Shown here: one piece after another, positions 54,842-64,000 of the stretch
How the letters are laid out: the number at the start of each line of letters is the position of its first letter
Numbering within the stretch: position 1 is the stretch's first letter
Assembly: GCA_002104945.1 (NCBI GenBank)
Contig: MCFH01000009.1
Span: forward strand, 1,054,001-1,118,000
Direction: 5' to 3'
Origin: Piromyces finnis finn
Lineage: Eukaryota; Fungi; Neocallimastigomycota
DNA: 64,000 bases
Position numbers and translations under genes: made by a program
Notes under the pieces: model-generated
The model's database searches: none
Told to the model about the DNA's origin: nothing
The model's input: the letters and a program-made list of their open reading frames with translations, nothing else

Positions 54842-56921
54842 TATTCTGGGTTTTGCTTTATTCTTTTATTTTTATATTTTTATACTTATTTTTTTATTTA
54901 TTATTATTATTTGATATCTATAATATATATTATAGATGTTTTAATTTTATGTTATTAAAGAATTTATATAATTTATATATTTTGGTTATAGATTATATTT
55001 AATTAATTTAATTTAATCTTTTCTTTCCTTCTTTTTTTTTTTTAAAATATTAAAATAAAGGTATGAATAATAATTTCTTTTCTTTACATTTATATATAAA
55101 TAATTATTTAGTAATTCGAAATTCAAATTTATTTTATTATTTATTTAATTATGGTTTTCTGATTTATTTTATCATTATAATAAGAATACTTTTGTTTTTA
55201 TTTTACTTTTATATTTTCAATTATATTTACTAAAATTATTATTTCTTTATATTTTATTGTTTTATTTCTTATTACTTTTAATATAGAATATATAAATATA
55301 TATTCAAAACAATAAAAAAAAAAAAAAAAAAAGAATTATTATTATACTATTTTCATTATTTTATAATTTATTATTATATTATGTATGCTATTGAATAAAA
55401 AAAAATTTTTTTAAAAAAAAAAAAAAGAAATTTAATCTTTTAATCCTTCCTTAAAATCTTATATTAAGAAAAAAATAAATTAATAAATATTAAATTTAAT
55501 TTATTTTTATTTGGAATAATTTTTGGTGTAACTTTTATTTTCCTATTTTATTTTCTGTTTAGAAAGAAAAAAAAAATAAAAATAATGGGAATAACTATAT
55601 GCTGATATTGAATATACTTAATACCTAAAAGCACAACTACATTAATAAAAAATAAAAAGGGTATTATGTTAGCTAAAGATAGTAATACTATTATATGAAT
55701 TATATTTAATATTTAAAAGTAATAAAAAAATAAAACAATGAATATGATTTAAATATATATATATACTTGATTATCATAATATAATTAATATTGTTAGATA
55801 AAAACATTGATACTTTTTTACTTATTAGTATTAACTTAACAAAAACATTTTAAGTATATTAATTTCTTTTGTTCTTTTATAATATATAAATTAAAAAGAA
55901 ACTAAAACCTTATTTTTATTAAAAAATTAAATTTCATTTTATTATATTATTAAATATACAATTAAAATAATAATAATAATTGTTTATCCTATATTGTTAA
56001 ATATTTATTAGATATAACTTTTAATTATATTTTCATTCTGTTTTTTAACATACAAAATATGTTAAAAAGCAAAAGCTATTTCTAATAAAAAAATTAATTA
56101 TGAACCAAAAAGAATAAATAAAAAAGGGAGAAAACGGCTAATAAAAAAAAGAAATAATTTTTTGATGATTATTTAAATATTAATATATATTAATATAAAA
56201 AATTCTAAAATGTGTCATAATAATATAATACAGAAAAATAATATATTATAATTTTTTTTTAATATAAAAATCCATAAATTAATTTTTTATTCAATATTAC
56301 TTATATCTAAAGTTTAATAAATATATATTTGTTTTAGTATTATATGTATATTATTAAAATTATGAAATTAGAATTAGAAAATAAATCAAAAAGCACATAA
56401 TTAAAACAATACAAATATTTATTTTATAATAATTTGTGTAACTGAATATTTTATATATATTATTTAGTTACACGGAATTTAAAATAAATGTTTTAAAGGA
56501 ATAAGACGATTTAGTAACAATTACTAAATCCTTTTAAATGGAAATTAAAATAAAATTATTATATTTTTTTTTTGTGAGATTTCATACAGTTTGACTGAAA
56601 TCTGTACTATGGAAATTAGTAATTTAAAATTATTTTATAAAATAAAATTAAATTATTACCTAAACTATTAATTTATATTATATATATTATTGAACTTTTT
56701 AATATATTAGTTTTTCACAGCTTATTACTCTTTGCTATATAATAATATTTTTATTAATTTTTCTTTACAAGAAGTATAGTTATTTTTCATATTTATAACT
56801 TCGTTTTATTTATTAATAGTCAATTTTTATTTCTAATAATATCAATATTTATCATTCATAGTAAAACAGATAAAAAATAATCAAATTTTTATTTAAAAAT
56901 ATATTATATTTAATTTTCAAA

Positions 56922-59235
56922 TTAAATTGCATTGTTATTGTTATTTTCTTCATCTACTGTTTTTAACAGTTTATAATTGGAGTATTCATATTTTTGTTGA
57001 GATAATTTATTTTCAATATGAGATTGATAATTTTCCATTGTTCTTACCTTTTTTTCTTCAACATTAATAATCCTTAACATATCATATAAAATATTAACCA
57101 TCATTTCAAAGTTTTTCTTATTTAACATAATATCATTCATTGAAAGCGTATTATTATTTTTATTTATTTCAGTAGTATCCTTATCTTGACTATCATTAAT
57201 AATGGATTTATTGTTATAATCTTTTTTATCACTATTATTAATGTCTATTTTAGTTTCATTATGATTTTCTTTTTCATTATCTTCAATGACATTTTCATTA
57301 CTTTCATCTTGTATATCAAATTTATTTAATTCTTTATTGTTATCCTTACATTCATTAATAGATTCACTACTCTTTTCATTAATAGAGCTTGCACTTCCAA
57401 TTTCTATATTTTCTTCATTTTCATTCATAATACTAATTTGGGTATTAGGATTAAAAGTATTATTATTTAATTCGTCAATATTTAAATTTTTCAAGTCAAA
57501 AAGTGGTAAGGGTGGTGGTGGTGGTTCCTTTCTTTTTTTCTTAGTTGTATGTGATACTTGTTGAGATGGTAATACAGAAGTTTGAGCATTAATATTTTCG
57601 AATGTTTCTGGTACTAATGTCCCTTTTTTCAAAAGAACTTTAACACTACTGAGTTTTGAGGTATCATTTGGTTTAAGTAAATCAGCAATTATTTTATCCT
57701 TATTTTCAAATGGTGGTGGTGGAGGTTCTATAAAATATACAATATTTCCATTATTTTATATTATATTAATTATAATATATATATAACCAAATATTTTTTT
57801 TAAATAATATAAATTTACCTATCATAGTAATATTAAAGTTTGTTAACATTTCAAAAACTTCAGAATATCCTTTAAGGCCAGCAATACCTTTAGCTGTTTT
57901 ACCATCATTATTAACAATTTCTCTGTTACATCCTCTAGTTATTAATTTTTTAACCATTTCTTTATTATTAGCAATGACACTTAAATGTAATGCAGAATTC
58001 CCATCATTATTGATGATATTCATTTCAGCACCACAATCAATTAATAGTGACAATGCATGTATATTATTATTTTTAATGGCCTTTATATAAATATGTAATT
58101 TTTAATATTTTAAATTAAATATATATATAATATTTTTATTTTTAGGTAAATTAATAATTTAAAATTATTTTTACAATATGAAGAAGTCCATTGCCATCTT
58201 TATCAACTAATTTAAAATTGCTACTTGATAAGGCTAATAATTTTATATATTCGTTTTCATCATTTAAAACTGCTAAATAAAGTGATGAATAGCCTCTAGT
58301 ATCTGTTTCATCTACGCATGCACCTTCTTTCATAAGTAGCTACATTCATAAAAATTAATTATAAACTATCAATTAATTACTCTAATGTTTTTAAAAACTT
58401 CATTATTTTAATTTTTAATAAAAAATATTAAATAAAATATATTATTACAGTTAACATTTCTCTATTTCTGATAGTAATTGCATAATGAAGAGGTGTCATC
58501 CAATAATATTTTGAATTCATACGAAAATTAACATATGCTCCATTTTTTATTAATAAATTAAATACTTCAATATCATTATTTTGAATGGCTATCGTTAATG
58601 GTGTTTCTTTTGAATTTATACATATTAAAAAAATTAAATTAAATGTGTTATTTATAAATATATAGAATAGATATTTAATCATATATAATTTAATATAAAA
58701 AGAAACCTCCTGTTTCGGTACAAAAATTCGGGTCAAAATTTTTACTTAAACGTTCTGCTAATTTATCATACAATTTTTTTTGAATTTCTTCTATAAATTT
58801 TTTTTGATGTTTAGATGAAAGAGTATTTGAACTTGTATCTGTATATTCTATATTTAAGCGTTTTCTCATTACAAATTCTAATTTACTCTTTTATAAAATT
58901 TAAAATGTGTATAATTGTACAAAGAATAAAGTCAAAAAATATTTAATAATAATAAAAAAAAAAATATTTATATTATTAAGGCTTAATAATAAGTAACATG
59001 ACTTATTTACCTTTTCATCAATATTGTAATCTTCTAATATTTTTGACTCACTTAAAAATATTGAAGATTGATGATCATCTTTTAATAAAAACCCGTAATT
59101 TAATAAATTTTCGTTTTTACCACATTTTTTAATAATATCTTCTTTAATTCGATAAATTCTTTCTTTATTATTTACTTTTAACGTTTTAACAAAATTTAAA
59201 TCCGGAATAGTTACCTTTAATATTAAATAGACCAT
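56922..59235 (-). CDS. Shank-N-terminus-like protein: ubiquitin-like (FERM F0/SPN) domain, ankyrin repeats, Pro-rich and coiled-coil tail; multi-exon
   Basis: Exon 1 (59235-59011) is VTIPDLNFVKTLKV..IKEDI..LLNYGF..FLSESKILEDY. Exon 2 (58887-58707) is KKFIEEIQKKLYDKLAERLSKNFDPNFCTETG|ETPL. Ankyrin repeats follow (GAYVNFR..TPLHYA, GNSALHLS), then EPPPPPF and EPPPPPLP. Confidence 0.75.
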
Positions 59236-59805
59236 TTTCAACAATTTTTCACTATTTCAATTAATAATAATAATGTATTTAAATATAAATTTAATAAATA
59301 ATATTAAAGTTTACGAATATTTAATTTTATTTAATAGTTCAAAAATGGAAAGATATAAAATAAAAAAAAAATTAAAAAATTAAAAAAGATAAAATTAAAT
59401 AAAAATAAAAATAAAATATTAAATTTATCAAATTATCATTGCTAGTTTTTGTTCATTTTCTAAAATGTTATTGAAAAAAATAATAAATATTATTTAATAT
59501 ATTATAACAATAAACAAAAAATTATAATAAATTAAATGATTATTCATCGATAACTTGATAATAAGGAATATAAGTGAATATTTTTTATTATTAATATTTT
59601 ATAATTATATTTTTTATTATTTTTATTTTTTTTTAAAATACTATTTATTTAACTTTTTTAAATAATATATCTCTTTTTTATTTTTTAATTTAATTTTTTT
59701 TTTTTTTTTTTTTTTCATTTGATATTTATAAATATTTTAAAATATATTATAATAGTAATTGTAATTTTATTATTTAGTTTCATTTTATATAGTATTAAAA
59801 TTTAA

Positions 59806-60277
59806 TTAAAAGTAGAGTGATTGAGCAAAGACAATATCACGTTTAATCAATTCACTAGTTTTTTCCATCTTTATATAAAGGCTAGAATCACCAATAATTC
59901 TAGAAGCATTTTTAACTTGACGGCATACTTCATCTAATCTTACAATACATCTAACAATAGAACCTAATTATTTTAATCATTTAAGTTTTATTATTGTACA
60001 GTTAGGGTTAGATGAAATATGATTATAATAAATTTTTTAGAATCAGGTTGTCATAGACTTATATATATCTAATTACCTTCTAATACATCAGTTAATTCAG
60101 TAATCTGTTTAAATGGTACACCTTTTGCCCATTCGTAAACAACTTCAACTAATCCAATATTCACAGTATTCACATAGTCCTGAGTTGAGATATCAATATT
60201 AAAGCTTCTTTGGATATCTGCTATATTCAAAGCCATATCTTTTATTTTAGCAATACCCTTTTATTATTGCATAAAAT

Positions 60278-60308
<31 letters not shown>

Positions 60309-62121
60309 AATTAATATCCAATAAATATTTTTAATAATAATAATAATAAAAAAATAAAATAAAAATAAAACCTTTTCAAGGTTTGAAGTTAAAGCAGGTT
60401 CATTTTGTGATTTTTCTTGGAAAATGAAACAGGAAAGAAGTGCAGCAGATTCAGCAAGGTCAAATTCAGCAAAGAAATTATCTAATACTAACTCTGTCAA
60501 TAATAATTCATCACATGTACTTATCTATGAATGAAAAAATATATATTGTTATATTATTTATATAAAACCTTCATATTTTATTAAGCCTATTAAACATATA
60601 TAATTTTTAATTTAACTTACTTCACATGCAATTTTTCCTTTTAATTGTACTGTTAAATTATCATCAATATATCTTAAAAATTTCAAAACATCAATTCTTT
60701 GATTATAATCTGGAAGTAATTGTAAGTTATTTTCTGAGAGATTTATAAAAAGTTTATTAATTTTGGATTCAATCTTTTTCTTTTCCGAAATAATATTATA
60801 CTAATTATAATAAATTGATATATTGTTATTATTATTATTTTAAATATATATTATTTTTTGTATAAATAAAACATAAACTTAAATATTTACATGATCCTTG
60901 AAATCAGGACAGTTATTACACTTGAATGATTTAATTTTTTCTAATAATAAAGTTTTGTTTTTATGAGATTCTTGAAATTCGATATCCTTTATCTTTTTCC
61001 AAGAACATTCTTCAATTTGTTCTAAAGAATTAAATTAAAAGAATTTTATTATCATTAGTATTTATAATAAACAATAAAAAATTATAATAATAATATTACC
61101 TGAATCGTTGAAAGACTTTGCAATTCTAATTAATTCTTGTTGAACTGAAGATATTACACTTTCATTATGATTTAAAATAGAATCTTGATCAATCTATATC
61201 AATAATTTAGAAATTATATAAACAATTTAATTTACTATTATATAATTTAATATATAATATTTTATTATAATTAATACTTTAATAATTATTGAAGTAATAA
61301 GTTCGATGTCAACGTATGTTAAAGCTTGAATAGTACTTTTAACATTATTAATTTCACTAATTTTTAATTTCCCATTGACAATAGGATTATATAACATTTC
61401 TATTATCATTATGATTAATATTAATATTAGTATTATTATTACTTTTATTTTCAATTAATAATAATATTTTCTCTAGTAAAGTTAAAAATCAAAGATTTAT
61501 ATATTACTTATTTGTTGATCTGGATCAATATCTTCATGTACAATTAAACAATGAATTAATTTTTTATCTTCCTCTGAGCTCATAATAATATTATTGTGAA
61601 TTTTTGTTGAAACTTTTAATATAACAGCAATACTGCGATGATATTTCTTTGATTTTTAAATGTTAATAAAATCTTAAATATACTATTTATTACATTAATT
61701 ATATCACTATATATATTATTGAAAAATATGCTTACTTCATTATTGATAATTAAAACTCTTCCAGCGCAAAATATTCTTTGGTTATTAGAAGAACTAATAA
61801 CCTTACCATGAATTTGCTTATTTAAGCCTAAAATATCTTTAGTATAATTATAATATAAATCAATATCTATTTTACAAATTACACATGATAATTCTTCCAT
61901 ATTTTTTAAAATCTCATTATTTTTTTCGTATTCTTGTTGTTGTTCTGGTAATGCTGCTTGTGATACATTCTCTGAAAAACTACGTTTAATCATTTCTTCT
62001 ACTCTAAGAGTTTCAACTCTTAATAAATTCAATATCATGTTATAAGTTAATCTAAATTGACTTTCTAATTTTTGAGATTTTCCTAAAACAACATTATTAA
62101 TTGTTTGTATCTAATAATAAT

Positions 62122-62182
<61 letters not shown>

Positions 62183-64000
62183 TAAATATAAATAAATTAT
62201 TTAATTTTAATTTTGTATATTCTTAATTTTTAAAAAAATATATTTATTAATATAAATACTTCAGGTAATTTATCTAATGTTGCAATAATAACGACACCAG
62301 TATCATCTAATCCACGTCTACCTGCACGACCTGACATTTGAATATATTCATCTTGTAATAATTTAAAATTAATTATTTCATACATTTATATATAATTTAA
62401 AATATTTAATATGAAAAAATATACAAATAAGATAATATATATGAATAATTACTTGATAACAAGTCCCTGAATTTTTGACCATCATGTTTTCTTAATTCTG
62501 AAAAAACAACTGCTCTTGCAGGCATATTAACACCCATAGCAAATGTTTCTGTGGCAAATAAAACTTTTACAAGACCTTTTGAAAAAAGTATTTCTACAAC
62601 CTTTTATATATTTTATATTTAATAATTCAAATAGAGTTGAAGAAAATATATTATATTTTATTATAAATTTTATTTATGTACTTACTTCTTTCATAATTGG
62701 TAGTAGACCACTATGATGAACACCAATACCTCTTGATAATAATTCTTTCATTCTATTAATTTGAGGTAAATCTTTATCACTACCCTTAAGTCTGGACAAA
62801 CTATTTGATATAAATGAATAAATTATACTACGTTTATTGGCATCATTAAGTAAATCTTTATTAATTAAACCATCTGCATATTCTTCACATTTTTTTTTTG
62901 AAAAAGTAAATACAACTACTGGTAATAACTCATTCTTTGCTAGGAAACCAACCATATGATTATACATATTACGAGTCTAATTTAAATAAATTAAATATAT
63001 ATATATGTATAAATAAAATTTCAATTGCAATAAAGAATATCATTAAAAACAATATTTTAATATATTTACTGTTTGCATTTTTGAAATTGGTTTCTTTGCT
63101 TTAACTATAGGTTTAGCATTTTTATTATTTGTTTTTTTATTATTTGCTGTCTTACTATTTTTATCTTTTTGTTCACCAGTTAAGGCTTCATTAGCTGCAT
63201 CATAACTAAAAAAAAAAAAAATATTTTAAATTATTAGAAATTCATAATATCTATATTTATTACTATTTATACTATTATTACTTGTTTTTGAGGAAGTTTT
63301 GTTGAGCATCAACAATCTTAAATATATTATTTTTAACAAATAAGTAATGTTCTAATGGAACAGGTCTCTTTAATGTACTAATAACATAAATATTCTTTTT
63401 CTTTGTTCGACTTTAATAAAATAATATATAATTAATTATGTTTTTATAATTAAGCTATTAAATAATATATTTATGTTATATACCCAATCCATTCAGCAAA
63501 TTCCATGGTATTTGGAACAGTGGCTGAAAGTAAAATTAACTTCACATGTTCCGGTAACATAATAATAACTTCTTCCCATACTACACCTCTCTTTTTAAAT
63601 AAATAAATAAGAGTTATTATATGTTTAAAATAAATAATATTTTTATAATTTTATAAATTAATTACATACTTCAGAATCATTAATATAGTGAACTTCATCA
63701 AAGATAACAAATTCAACATCTCTAATAACATCAGCACCTTTATATAACATACTTCTTAAAATTTCAGTAGTCATAATTAAACATGATGCATTTTGATTGA
63801 TTTTAACATCACCTGTAATAATACCAATATCTTCAAAAGTATTATGGAAATCTCTAAATTTTTGATTTGATAATGCTTTAATTGGACTAGTGTATATAGC
63901 TCTTTATAGATTATAAATATATATTTAAATGTTAAATTATTTAAGGTTTTTTATTTTTATATTTACTACATATTTTATAAAATACCTAGTCATATGTTTT
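59806..64000 (-). CDS. SKI2: Ski2 RNA helicase (DExH, SKI complex); 3' portion, gene continues past the right edge
   Basis: Motifs [98 protein letters not shown] and C-terminal [13 protein letters not shown] (stop at 59806). The LLPVVVF and [15 protein letters not shown] patterns favour Ski2 over Mtr4. Confidence 0.93.
62124..62181. repeat. (AAT)n intronic microsatellite in SKI2
   Basis: About 19 perfect aat units. Confidence 0.9.

Noticed and set aside
56577-56603. Hairpin agatttca-N11-tgaaatct downstream of the Shank-like gene
   Set aside because: An 8-bp AT-rich stem is expected by chance in this composition, and it has no ncRNA hallmarks.
11310-62967. Hydrophobic or odd C-termini on many short ORF-track entries (for example 11310-11654, 24359-24694, 58900-59244, 60264-60500)
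   Set aside because: These are exons read on into AT-rich introns. GT donors upstream of those tails restore continuous conserved proteins, so they are not separate small membrane proteins.

Overview
Extremely AT-rich, intron-rich eukaryotic DNA with long A/T runs and (AAT)n tracts, most likely from an anaerobic gut fungus (Neocallimastigomycota). That assignment is inferred from base composition, the CotH gene expansion and the flagellar genes. Splicing the ORF-track fragments by hand at GT..AG junctions gives 14 genes. From left to right: a Ulp2/SENP6-7-like SUMO protease (3' end outside the window); a cluster of four CotH-kinase-domain genes over about 15 kb (one intronless secreted form with a Thr-rich stalk, three GPI-anchor-type paralogues with 3, 1 and 5 introns); a Dma1-like FHA-RING E3 ligase; an orphan two-exon gene; FAM204A; IFT144/WDR19; TMEM17; an FHIP/FAM160-like gene; a Rom2-like DEP-DH-PH-CNH RhoGEF with a very long C-terminal tail; a Shank-like ubiquitin-fold/ankyrin protein; and the 3' part of SKI2. 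There are also two relics: a 5'-truncated LINE fragment and a PI-PLC X-domain fragment that the ORF track misses. The CotH cluster is the most interesting system. Its three GPI-type members have Mucorales-invasin-like architecture without dockerins, share altered kinase motifs and show a nested intron pattern. No rRNA, tRNA or CRISPR array was seen. All family assignments come from motif recognition, not database searches.
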